Shown: positions 50,365-62,753, counted from the whole stretch's first letter. The stretch: 63,941 nucleotides of DNA, filler included, from Octopus bimaculoides (GCF_001194135.2; 6 parts of 5 records of this genome joined end to end with filler, not necessarily neighbours in it); one strand, 5' to 3'. Made by a program: numbers and translations. Notes: a model not told the origin generated them from the letters alone.

Positions 50365-50822
50365 TCATCATGATCCTCTTCATTGTTATCATTTTGCAGT
50401 CCACTTATCTTTGCTGCCATATATATATATGCGATGAGCATCCATGCATTTCCTGCCTACCAAATTTCACTCACAAGTATTGGTATCCAAGGTACCTTGA
50501 AGTGGGATTGAACTTGGCGTCATACAATAGCATAAAAAATTTCTTAATAAGAGAACCACAACTGTCCCTACTTATATTGATATATATATATATATATATA
50601 TATAATCACACAGTAATTAACATGACTGAACTCACATTACATGTATACACAGATACACTGAGCAATGTTATCAAAACTGAACACACACATATACATACAG
50701 CAGCCAAGTATATAAGTCAATAAAATATGACCCATAAAATATCCTTCAAAACAGACACATGCACAAAAGTACCATACTTTTGGATGATCATAAGTATGCT
50801 TCCATACACACAGATACTAATA

Positions 50823-51629
50823 TGAGGTACATTCCAGAAATTCTGAGAATCTTGCAGAAGCAGCAGTTATAACTGTCCTAGATAATTGTAATTTTAGTAT
50901 ACCATTTCTATGCATCTAATAAGCTGACCTATCAACTATTGCTCTAGATTAAAGGAGTTGGCTGTAACAGCACTTTGAATCACCCTACTAAACACTGCTT
51001 GTCACGGCTGAATAGTTTGCAGAATGCAGTTGGAACATAAGCATAATTTGGAAGCTTGCTATACAATAAAGTTTTGTGTTAAACTAGGCAAAGACACTAC
51101 AGAAACTTATGAAATGCTGCAGACTGCTTATGAGAGGAGGTAAGGTGGGGAGAGAGACATCAGAGCATCAGAGGTGGTTGAGAAAATTCACATTTTTCTA
51201 GATGAAGACAATTGTATGTCTATAAAGACCACAAATATACAGATCAGAGTTAATGTGACAACCGTTCACAAAATTATTCGAGAAGATCTGAACATGCACA
51301 AACTTTGTACTAAGTTTGTTCCCTGTACAATGAGTGACAAGTATCTTGGCAACCAATTACATGACAGAGATGGGCATCAAAACTGTCCATCACCCTCCTT
51401 ACAATCCAGACCTTGCTCTATGTGACTTGTGCTTGTTCTCCAAGCTGAAGACAGTCATTTTGAAAACGAAGGAGGCTGTGACACCTTCATTTTGGAGGAC
51501 ATCCATGGGGCCATTACAAAGTTGCTTGAGTGCTACAACTGCACTGAAGTCAGAGGATCCAACTTTGAAGGAGATTAGAGTTTTGTATGTCACTCCTCAA
51601 AAAGTTTGGAAACTTCTGGAATGCACTCT
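50823..51629 (+). mobile_element. Internally deleted, decayed mariner element
   Basis: Imperfect TIRs gaggtacattccagaaa / ttctggaatgcactc. IKFCVKLGKDTTETYEMLQTAY (HTH), IIREDLNMHKLCTKFVP and HPPYNPDLALCD motifs. Confidence 0.8.
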
Positions 51630-52360
51630 GCAAATATCTAAACATATATATTTGATTGTAATCACAATTATACACTCATGCTTATTTACACCAGTACATA
51701 AATAGTAGGTGTGAAATCACAATTACACACATATATTTACATTCATACATATTAAGTGCGTAATCGTAATTACAAACAGACATTTTGTACATCCTGACAT
51801 ACACATCAATACATATAAACTACAATCTCACCACATACCTCAATTTACATACATTCTTTCATTCTTTTACTTGTTTCAGTCATCAAACAAATTGACCCCA
51901 GGACATTTTTTTTAAGCTTAGTACTCATTTTTTTTGGTTTCTATTGCTGAACTGTTGAGTGGTGATGTGGGGGAACAGACACCTACCTACACAAATACAC
52001 ACACACACATCTAATATAATAAATGCAAAAACTAATTTTTATGTGTCAGTGTGTCACACTTCAACACCCCCTCTCTCTCTATTCAATGACACTTTCTCAT
52101 GCTGGGGTGAAAGTAATAGTAGGCATAGAGACAGTAAAGGTGGTGGTGAAGACAGATNNNNNNNNNNTAAAAGTAGTAGTGTTGATGGTGGCAATGGGAA
52201 TAATAATAAGAGAGAGAAGAGTGGGTATGTGAGAAAAAGAGGGAGATGTTGTACAACCTTTTGGACAGAAATTCCTGCGGTCAGCATACTGAACCAACTA
52301 CTGAAAACTATCACTTTTGTTTTATTCTTTGCTTTCTTTAATACATACATACATATATCA

Positions 52361-53142
52361 ATCATCATCATTGTTTAACGTCCGCTTTGCATGCTAGCGT
52401 GGGTTGGACGATTTGACTGAGGACTGGTGAAAACCAGATGGCTACACCAGGCTCCAATCTGATTTGGCAGAGTTTCTACAGCTGGATGCTCTTCCTAACG
52501 CCAACCACTCAGAGAGTGTATTGGGTGCTTTTACGTGCCACCGGCACGAAGGCCGGTCATGTGCTACTGGCAACGGCCACGCTCGAAATGGTGTATTTTA
52601 CGTGCCACCTGCACAGGAGCCAGTCCAGCGGGACTGGCAACGAACTCACTTGAATGTCTTTTCACGTGCCAGGAAGGCGACGTTGGTAACGGTTACGCTC
52701 AAATGGTGCTATGTACATGTCACCGGCACGAAGCCAGGCAGCTGGNNNNNNNNNNNNNNNNNNNNNNNNNNNNNNNNNNNNNNNNNNNNNNNNNNNNNNN
52801 NNNNNNNNNNNNNNNNNNNNNNNNNNNNNNNNNNNNNNNNNNNNNNNNNNNNNNNNNNNNNNNNNNNNNNNNNNNNNNNNNNNNNNNNNNNNNNNNNNNN
52901 NNNNNNNNNNNNNNNNNNNNNNNNNNNNNNNNNNNNNNNNNNNNNNNNNNNNNNNNNNNNNNNNNNNNNNNNNNNNNNNNNNNNNNNNNNNNNNNNNNNN
53001 NNNNNNNNNNNNNNNNNNNNNNNNNNNNNNNNNNNNNNNNNNNNNNNNNNNNNNNNNNNNNNNNNNNNNNNNNNNNNNCCATCATGATTTTGCTTTCGCT
53101 TGCCCCAACAGGTCTTCGCAAGCCGAGTTTAGTGTTCAATGA
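52361..53142 (-). mobile_element. RTE 3'UTR copy with internal gap
   Basis: Tail plus tandem acgtgccacc units; nearly the reverse complement of 62095-62573. Confidence 0.85.
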
Positions 53143-53423
53143 AGACGTTGGCATGGATGCCAGTCTACAAATTTAGTTCGACACACACACACATATATAT
53201 ATATATGCACACACATACACAAATATATTTATATATATAAAATACACTTTAACTGAAATACAGTTTCCCCAAAATTAAACATTTAATATAATAAAAGCGA
53301 AAACTAATTTCTGTGTGTCAGTGTCATGTCACACTTTGACCCCTTCACTCACTATTCAATGACCCTTCCTTGTGCTGGAGTGACAGTAATAGTAGGTATA
53401 AAGACCAGTGAGAGCAGTGGCGA

Positions 53424-53462
<39 letters not shown>

Positions 53463-53734
53463 AAAAGAGAGGGAGAGAAAGAGAGACAAAGAAATTCAGG
53501 GAGAGTTGATATTTTACTAAAAGTAGTAGTGTTGATGGTAGCAAAGGGAGAAATAATAAGAGAGAGAGAGAAAGAGTGGGTATGTGAGAGAAAGAGGGAG
53601 ATGATGAACAACTTTCCTGGACAGAAATTCCTGTGGCCAGCATACTGAACCAACTACTGAACACTATCACTTTTAGAAAATTACTATTTTTAAATCTCAC
53701 AACAAGAGATATTCAGCAACAATACTTTAGAGTA

Positions 53735-54012
53735 AAGATTATTTGCCAGCATAACATGGCAGCCCTGGTTTGGATGAATGCTGCTGTAATTTAACCCCAG
53801 GAGACATCATCTCCAGCTGGCTATATGACACAATCTGTGTCCTTATATTTTTGAACAGATATTGTTTTGAGGTAAGTGGGGGTGCTAGGTTCCCTTGTTT
53901 GAAAATATAAGGAAACAGATCGTGTCATATAGCCACCTGGAGACAATGTCTCCTAGGGCTAAATTACAGTAACATTTGTCCTAAACCATGCTGTGTTGGC
54001 AAACAATCTATA
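53735..54012. mobile_element. MITE with about 110-bp imperfect inverted arms
   Basis: gattatttgccagcataacatgg...ccttatatttttgaaca pairs with tgtttgaaaatataagg...ccatgctgtgttggcaaacaatc. Confidence 0.7.
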
Positions 54013-56011
54013 CTCCACTATCATTTAAAAAAATTTTTTGCTTTCTTTAATACATACATATGTGTGTGTGTGTGTGTATATATATATACACATACACACA
54101 CACGTATGTGTGTGTGTATGTATGTATATATGTACAGAGATATACATACACACACATGTATAAAATACACTTCAACTGAAATACATTTTCCCTAAAATTA
54201 AACATATCTAATATAATAAATGTAAATGTCAGTGTCACACTTTGTCAACTTTACTCCTAAAGTCCATAGCCCAACATATCATACCATTTTGGAATCAGGC
54301 TGAGTCTGTGAGTAAATTAAAAACATTCGGGCCGAATCTGGACCTGCAATCCTGAAATTTCAGATTCCTATGTTTTCATTACTGTAATTGTTTTCGTCGA
54401 TTTTTTTACATGAATTTTTGCAACGAATATGATCATCATTGGGATATGACTCTGGAAGAAGCAATTGCAACAAGTTCTCCAAAACAAGTCAGAGATCTGT
54501 TTGCAGATCTTCCAATTCAAGGTTAGTTTCTTAAAAGCTACTAACTAGCTAGTACACATATACATACGACAGGCTTCTTTCAGTTTCTGTCTACCAAATC
54601 CACTCACAAGGCTTTGGTTGGCCCAAGGCTATAGTAGAAGACACTTGCCCAAGGTACTATGCAATGAGACTGAACATGGAACTGTGTGGTTGGGAAGCTA
54701 GCTTCTTACCACACAACCATGCCTGTGCATTAATATGTATTAATAGTATTTAATTTCAATCATAAATATAATTAGTTATGTGCACCTGCACACAAATACA
54801 TATGTTAACAATGTAATCACAAAACCCTTCTTCATCACCAAACACTTATCTATTACTGTATACATACATATCTATAGTGTAACCCTATCTGCTTGCTTGA
54901 AGGTTGTTTATCAAATTTATTTGTGATTCCTTTGATGACTGTATATCCAATCCTTGATGTGCAGCTTCAGCTGCTGATAGGTCATGTAGATGTTTGATTG
55001 GTGAGACCAAGTGCTGCCCTGCATGCATGCTTCTTCACCTGTTTTACTTGGTTATGCTTGCATATCTTTCTTTCATATTTTCCATGCTCTTCCAACAACG
55101 AATGGTCAGCAGTGATGTCTTCCACCCTTAAAAGGTTGATGTTAGTCCTCTTCAAAGTCTTCTCCAGCCATGAAATGATCATAGTGTGGCTGCCAACGGA
55201 GGGTCCAATGAAGGAGATATGAGGCATGCACTGTACAAGTCATCTTTGTTAATGCCTGTATAGTATGGACTTAATGTTGTGATACTGGGTTGTGGAGGAT
55301 TTGTAGTTAGATCTTACCACAAGAATGAATGGACTTCTGCATATAATGGATATTAAAAACCTCTAAGGGTTCAATTACACACACAGAATTACATACACTT
55401 ACATACATATTGGTTTCAAATTTTGGCACAAGGCCAGCAGTTTTAGGGGAGGGGGCCAAGTTGATTAAACAGACCCCAGTGCTCAACTAGTACTATTTTA
55501 TCCACCCCAAAAGGATGAAAGGCAAAGTCAACCCACACGGCATTTGAACACAGAAAATAAAATCACTAGAAATGTTGCTAAACCATTTTTCCTGGTGCAG
55601 TGATGATTCTGCCAGCTTGCCTCATTATACATGAATACATATTAACAGTATGATTACAATTACGTGGCTGATGCTAGTGCCACCTGACTGGCACCCATGT
55701 CGGTGGCATGTAAAAAGTACCATGCTGGTGGCATGTAAAAACCTTATATATACACATGGAGAGAGAGAAAGAATGACAGCATAGTTACAATTGCAAACAC
55801 ACACACACACACTTACATACACACATACACTTACATACACACATTCATGCATATTAATCATATACTCACAATTACACCTGCATACTTTATATGCATGGAG
55901 ACATAAATATTAATAGTTTAGTCATAATTATACATTCACACACAAAAACATACACACCTACACATGTATGAAATGAATGCTGAGAAAAAAGTAACAAGTT
56001 CGTCTACTTAC

Positions 56012-56151
56012 TCTTGATTATTCTGTAAATAGTAGAGAACACCAAGTTCATTAAGGGTGTGAGCAAGGTCAGCTGAATCAGGTCCCATGGAAAGTTCCTC
56101 CAGACGAAGGGCACGACGCTGTACCATGGGATCAATGCCTCGGATTTGACC
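56012..56151 (-). CDS. NPHP3: Internal exon of nephrocystin-3 (C-terminal TPR region)
   Basis: Minus-strand acceptor ccattcAG and donor GTaagt at 56011. The 140-nt exon (phase 0 to 2) reads [47 protein letters not shown]. This closely matches the recalled vertebrate NPHP3 stretch [37 protein letters not shown]. Confidence 0.87.
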
Positions 56152-57176
56152 CTGAATGGTAAAAATAGAAGAATGATGTACATTGACATACAAGCATACA
56201 CACATTCAGGCATATACACACTTGCACACACACACATCTTTAATGAAATTCTAAAACAAAAATCAGTGGTTCATTGTGTGACAAAGCTGGATCTTTGTAT
56301 TACAAGTACAAGCCATCCTATAGGTTTCTGGACCCAAACTTAGACACTTGCCCAAGATGCCATGAAATGGGATTGAATTCTGGACTTCATTTTCTAATTG
56401 TGAAATGACGTCTCAAGTATTTAAGCACACACACACACACACACACACAATGTACATGCACAGGCATTCATGCACACACACACATTAATCATCCACTTAA
56501 TTTTAAGTGCAAATCTTCTGGTTTGTTGCTCTTTAGCCCAAGGTCATCTCTAATGAAACACAGTTGTGATCAATAGCATTCCAGCCATGACAGTCCTATT
56601 ATTTTCTAGATATAAATCTCATACATATTATTTACATTCTACGATCTGGAAAAAAGGACGTTAGTTGATGTGTCCTTCCTTATTTCAGATAGTAGGGCGT
56701 AAAATGAGTGAAATTTGGCTGCTATTTGTAGCAAGCTGGATGACCATGCCAAGGCCCTTAATGACTCACATTTTTGGTAATTCTCCATCATCAGCCCAGC
56801 TTTCAACATCTACTACAGATGGAATATCTTTGTGGCACATTTATAGTTTACATTTACCTTTGTAGTCATGACTACAGATGTGGGGTTTGAAGCTAGTACA
56901 GGAGACTCCACAGTTACTGCACTGTAAACAATGTAAAACTTGTTTTCTAATAAGTATTTTTACATGTTTTCCCATGTTTGCTGACTGAGATATCTTGTTG
57001 GAGACATTGTTTTATAACTGAATGTCATTCTTACAGGTAATCACACAGATATGATATCAAGGGTTCATTGTCATCTATTCAAACCAGAATAAGGAAACTT
57101 ATGTCCCTCGTTCAGAGGTACATCATTATGGCTATAAGATTTCAGCAATTGATCATATGGTCAGCAGCTTAAGTTT

Positions 57177-57245
<69 letters not shown>

Positions 57246-57257
57246 CATACATACATA

Positions 57258-58122
57258 CAGGGTGTCCCAAAAGTCAGTGATGTGTTTCAATTTTTAATAA
57301 TTTCTTTAACTTTACAAATAAATGCATGAAATTTTGATACAATATAAAGCACATAATGGAAATCAATATGCACAGGTCAAACTTTGCAACACCATATCAC
57401 ATATGCAAACTGACATTGCTTAAATGGCAGCCATTTTAGGCTTCGCATGCCTGTGCTCTTTCCAAAACTTGCACCATAACACCCTCAAGAGTTTTAGACA
57501 CCACTCTTCTGATTTCTCTATTGATGTTCTCCTTCAGTTGCACCAGGGTCTCTGGTTTGCTGACGTAAACCCTCTCTTTCAGGTATTCAGGAGTGAGACC
57601 TTTTTGCATCTGGCTATTCAGAGTAGAGCTCATACATGGTTCCAGCAACATGGGACAACTGTTCATACCGCAAGAGAAACAATGCAGTTGCTACATTAGT
57701 GCTTTGGAGAGAGAATAATCTCCCACTATGGCAATGTCAACTAGCCTTCACGTTCCCCAGACTTGACTAGAACAAATTTTTTCTTGTGACGATACCTGAA
57801 AGAAAGGGTTTACGTCAACAAACCAGAGATCCTGGTGCAACTGAAGGAGAACATCAATAGAGAAATCAGAGAAGTGGGGTTTGAAACTCTTGAGGGTGTT
57901 ATGGTGTGAGTTTTGAAAAGAGTACAGGCATGCAAAGCTGAAAATGGCTGCCATTTAAGGGATCTCATTTTTCATATGTGATGTGGTGGCGTTGCAAAAT
58001 TTGACCTGTGCATATTAATTTCCATTATGTCCTTTATATCATATCGAAATTTTATGCATTTGTTTGTAAAGTTAAGGAAGTTATTAAAAACTGAAACACA
58101 TCAGTGACTTTTGAGACACCCT
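57258..58122 (+). mobile_element. Non-autonomous rosa-type (DD41D) Tc1/mariner element with about 330-bp inverted arms
   Basis: TA-cagggtgtcccaaaagtc ... gacttttgagacaccct-TA. The interior reads WFQQH(D)GTTVHTARETMQLL..FGERIIS..VN*PSRSPDLTRTN(D)FFL..YLKERVY, with 41 residues between the two decayed Asp positions. Confidence 0.85.
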
Positions 58123-58124
58123 TA

Positions 58125-58320
58125 TTATGATTGACCGTTGACTGAACACTATTCAATTTTTTTTCTCCGTGTTTTTCTCCTTGTCTCCGTATTCTTTCTG
58201 TTGAAGAGCGTAGCTCGAAACGTCAAAGACTTTCCGTATTCCCGAGCGTCATACTAATATATACTTTTGTTATTTACACCACCTGTCCTCGTCTGTTGTT
58301 ATTATTTGTATATTCTCCCA
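58125..58320 (+). mobile_element. Penelope-like element terminal (pLTR) fragment
   Basis: ctgttgaagagcgtagctcgaaacgtc motif followed by an AT-rich tail ending in (TA)n. Confidence 0.6.
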
Positions 58321-58341
58321 TACATATATATATATATATAT

Positions 58342-58514
58342 AGAATAGCCTGGGAAAAGTTTAGAGAGCTCTTACCCCTGCTGGCGACAAAGGGACTCTC
58401 ACTCAGAGTAAAAGGCAGACTGTATGACGCATGCGTACGAACAGCCATGCTACATGGCAGTGAAACATGGGCTGTAACTGCTGAGGACATACGTAAGCTC
58501 GCAAGGAATGAAGC
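58342..58514 (+). mobile_element. RTE ORF2 fragment
   Basis: RIAWEKFRELLPLLATKGLSLRVKGRLYDACVRTAMLHGSETWAVTAEDIRKLARNE, cut by a linker gap. Confidence 0.88.
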
Positions 58515-58614
58515 NNNNNNNNNNNNNNNNNNNNNNNNNNNNNNNNNNNNNNNNNNNNTTAATTAATTAANNNNNNNNNNNNNNNNNNNNNNNNNNNNNN
58601 NNNNNNNNNNNNNN
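58515..58614. other. Artificial scaffold linker
   Basis: Same pattern. Confidence 0.92.
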
Positions 58615-58850
58615 GTTCCGAAATCTCGCAGTCGTTCTGGTCCACCAAAGACCGAATGGTCGCTCTGTTGCCACGCTTCGCCTCAACCACGCGGGCCCAT
58701 CGAGCGGCCTTAGTCCCCTCCCCGCTTACCGAAAGTACTTTAGCTCTGACAACGCAGCCTTCATGCTTGACATCAAAGTGTTGGTCGAGGGCCAACTTCG
58801 CTGCTAACACGTCGGTTGCGATGCCTGTCCTAAGAGCCTCGTCAAATACT
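58615..58850 (-). mobile_element. Tx1/L1-clade ORF2 fragment (between endonuclease and RT)
   Basis: EGCVVRAKVLSVSGEGTKAARWARVVEAKRGNRATIRSLVDQNDCEISE resembles the GA.IRSR....EGEK...F...EK.......I..L motif. Confidence 0.65.
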
Positions 58851-58854
58851 TTAG

Positions 58855-59000
58855 GAATGAGAACCCAGGTTCGAAATTTCCCCAAGACACCTGATGAAGG
58901 CTGGAGGGTATATCAGCTGAAACGTTGTCATAACAACAAACAAGATGAGGACAAATATGCGTCAAATGTAAATAATGTAGATTATTCCTCATCTCTTCAA
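58855..59000 (+). mobile_element. Penelope-like element terminal (pLTR) fragment
   Basis: cctgatgaaggctgg...cagctgaaacgtt motif followed by gtaaataatgta-type tail. Confidence 0.6.
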
Positions 59001-60029
59001 TATAGAACTGAATGAGAACCTAATTATCTCCCCTAGTTGTTATTTATCCTTGACCAGATTACCGGGATCTTTAACTTAAACACCGGACCGGTATGGTTTA
59101 TACAACGATAATTTTGTCGTTTTACACCGTCTTCTGGGTATGTTTATGATTTGTTGAGTAAATGAAGTTATTTCCTGTTAAGGTAAACGTTAATGTTTAT
59201 TGCTATTCTAATATAAATTAATCTAATCTAATATAGATGAATATAATCTATAATCTAATCTATTATAGAGCGATCTCAGTGTTTCGGAGTCTTATCGCAT
59301 TAACTGAATTATTAAAACCTTTCGTTGTTGTCACATATTGACGTTGCATCCTTCCCAGTTTTGCAGAAAAAATAGATTTTAAGTACCAACTCTTCAGTGA
59401 ATATCTTTATTAACCTTTCTGTTCAGTTGTCCAACTAATTTTAATACCTGTATTGTTTGTATGTTATCACTTTTCTACAGTCCTCGGTGAACACATATAT
59501 TCGCAACCACACACACATATATTTATCTATCTATCTATCTAATATCGACACGATTTGTCTTTCTCCCGACATCAGCCGTCTTACACTTTAATCTTTTCTT
59601 ACTTTACATTTATTCTAACTGAACTTTTCTATTACAACTTGCAGTAGAAGAACAAATTTTACCAGGACTTCTGCTGCAAGTCATGTATGAACTTTCTATA
59701 TATAAAATTACACAGCATCCATTGATCCTACCTAAATATATTAACGTAGAAATAACTATGTTATTGTCAACCACAATATGTGACATAGTCAACATCGAAC
59801 GTTCTAGTGGTACGTAGAGAAAATATCTACATTGGCTCGTTTTCCCCAATTGTAATTAAGATTCCCAACACGAGAAACTGAACCCACAGTTCAGTACAGT
59901 CACGGACAGTAATGATGTTAAATATTCACTAAAATAACAGAACTGGTATTTTCCGCAAGTTCCGTTGCCTCGATAAACTTGACATAGTTTCAAAAATGAC
60001 ATTCCTCAACAAAAGACCGATTGATTGGT

Positions 60030-60590
60030 TTTTAAAACTGCTTCCAGTAGTTAAGGATAATGAAGGTTCTGATTTGTTCAGTAAAACGGTTAAGAATTCT
60101 CTCCCAAGCTATTCTGAAGGATGTGAATCATTTGGACACTTCTTGCACAATTAATTTTAACACGAAAGATTCTGCCTTGCGGAGGCACAGGGGAGAGAAA
60201 CGCTTCTGTAATGAGACTAAACAAAGACCATTACAGAGAAACTTTGATTGTGAAATGTGTGGAAAATTTTTTAGTAACAGCAGTAATTTAATAAAACATG
60301 GAAGAATCCACACTGGAGCAAAACCGTTTCCTTGTGATATCTGTGGGAAATCATTTGTACATGATAGTTATTTAACAGTTCATGAAAGAATCCCCACTGG
60401 AGATAAACCTTACCATTGTCATTTCTGTGAGAAATCATTCACTCAGAATTCAGCTCTTGTTAAACATATCCATATTCACACCAGAGAAAAACCGGAAAAA
60501 AACCATTTCGCTGTGATGTAGGAAATCATTTATAGCTAATAGTCACCGAAAAGCACACAAAGGAAGCAGGACTTTTATCTGTGAAACCTG
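60030..60590 (+). pseudogene. Degenerate C2H2 zinc-finger array
   Basis: ORF 60060-60521 contains FDCEMCGKFFSNSSNLIKHGRIH-TGAKP-FPCDICGKSFVHDSYLTVHERIP-TGDKP-YHCHFCEKSFTQNSALVKHIHIH-TREKP. Finger 2 has lost its last His (Pro). A short gaaaaaacc duplication and further indels shift the frame, and remnants of later fingers follow (GKSFIANSHRKAH...FICET*). Confidence 0.8.
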
Positions 60591-62094
60591 AAGAGCTATT
60601 CTGTTGGGGATCTAAACCTCCTGTCCACAAATATATGCGTGAACTCTATCGGAAACCATTTCCTTTGGAATTGTCATCACCATTAGCATCAGCATCATCA
60701 TCATTTTAACTTTCACTTTTCCCTTTCTTGTATGGATCAGATGGAATTCATTGAGGTAGATTTTCTGTGGCTGGATGCTCTTCCTATCACCAACCATTTT
60801 ACAGAGTGTGTTGGGTGCTTTTATGTGGCACTGCCACGAGTGCTTTACCCCACCACATGGATCAGTCTTAACCCTTCTGCCGTGGGGTATGAGGGTGTCT
60901 GGATGACACCCTCCTGTTCATATCTTCCCATGAGGAAACATCAAATTACTGAAGACCTTCAACAACCTAGACTAGCACACACACACAGGGTCCACTATTG
61001 AATATCTTGACAGTGGTGGACCCTTGTCCCTATTTGATCTTTGACTAAGCATTATGGATGAGGGAATAATTGACATGTTGTTCTATCAAAAAACAGCTAG
61101 CCAGGACCCTTTCATTCATTGCAGGTTGCCCCCACCCTCAGTCACTGAATGAGATCTTGCTGGGTCCACAGCAAATGCACAGGCAGTGCTTGCTGGGTCC
61201 CTCGAATCCTCCACATAACTTGGTGACACTTTATCGTAGATGGATGGGATATAAATCCAAATTTTAAATATTTCTCTGAATATTGATGGACTTTTTTTTT
61301 TACATGCATTTCTCATTTTATGTATTTTAGAATCGAGATAACTACAGATTCCTGCCCCCACCTCGACTTTGGATGATCATAACTTTCAGAAAAATGGATG
61401 TTTTTAATGAAATTGTCTCCGAATATGTGTTATATCATGGAGATTCCAAATACACAGGAAAAGAAAAGAAAGAATTCCAATCACAACCACAATGGGTTAC
61501 TTTTAGGTCACTTGACCATTTCAGACAATTCCACAAACCTCCTACTACTGCCATAAGACTCCCGCATTTTTAATATTCTTCTTCTTCTTAATAGGTATGT
61601 GATCAATTTATTAATGAGTTTTGGTCAACAGCGGCACTTTAAGTTCTTTTTAATTTCCAACTATCTTCATAATGAGAAGAATTATTATTACTACACCATG
61701 TCCTACAAACTAACTTTATATGCTGGTCTCCTGCGATTCCATGAAAATCACTCTGTTGCAATTAAATTTCTTTCAGCAACATAAACTTGTTCCCCATGGA
61801 AGACTATTTCATTCATTAACCATTTTTTATCAGGCTGTTGGTCACACAGATCAATAATGGACATATCTCTCTCGTGTTACCTTGTCAACTGTGTGCTTGT
61901 TCTTGTGTATATTATACCCGAGACGGCTTTTGCAATGTTGATCTTGATTTTCTTCTTGGAAATTTATGCAGTGCTCATGGAAACTAACAAATGTTTTGAT
62001 TCGTATACTCAATCTGAAATATGGCCCTTTTAGTTATCATATTCGTTTTCCACACATTTTTTTAACACCTATTAGACTTTTTTTTCCATTTTAG

Positions 62095-62573
62095 TGACCG
62101 GGTGCTGCTGAGCGAAAGCGAAATCGTGACGGCACCTGTGCCAGTGGAGCACTAAGAGCATCATCCGAGCGCGATCGTTGCCAGAGCAGCTGTCTGGCTT
62201 CCGTGCTGGTGGCACGTACATAGCACCAGCATGATCGATACCAACGTCGCCTTCCTGGCACTTGTGCCAGTGGCACGTGAAAAGACATTTGAGCGAGATC
62301 GTTGCCAGTACCGCTGCACTGGCTCCTGACACATAAAATACACCATTTCGAGCGTGGCCATCGCCAGTACCCGCCTGACTGGCCTTCGTGCCGGTGACAC
62401 GTAAAAGCACTCACTACATTCTCAGAGTGGTTGGCGTTAGGAAGGGCATCCAGCTGTAGAAACTCTGCCAAATCAGATTGGAGCCTGGTGTCGCCTCCTG
62501 GTCCACCAGTCCTCAGTCAAATCGTCCAACCCATGCTAGCATGGAAAGCGGACGTTAAACGATGATGATGATG
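62095..62573 (+). mobile_element. RTE 3'UTR copy
   Basis: Repeated gtggcacgt units ending gcggacgttaaacgatgatgatgatg. Confidence 0.85.
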
Positions 62574-62753
62574 GCAGGCGGGTGTTGGTGATGATTTTGG
62601 GTTGGAGTTTTTCATAAAAAATTTGAAATTGTTTATTTTTTCCATATTCTTAATCTCCATATTTCCTCACATAGATGGGTGAAAAACAAAAAAAATCTTT
62701 TTTTAAAGTTTGAAAATAAAAAATAAAAAAACACTTTAATTTCACATGAATTA

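Noticed and set aside
54940-55320. ORFs 54982-55227 and 54998-55222 as possible further NPHP3 or Wnt exons
   Set aside because: No TPR or Wnt motifs. INKDDLYSAC hints at a decayed Tc1/maT C-terminus, but support is insufficient.
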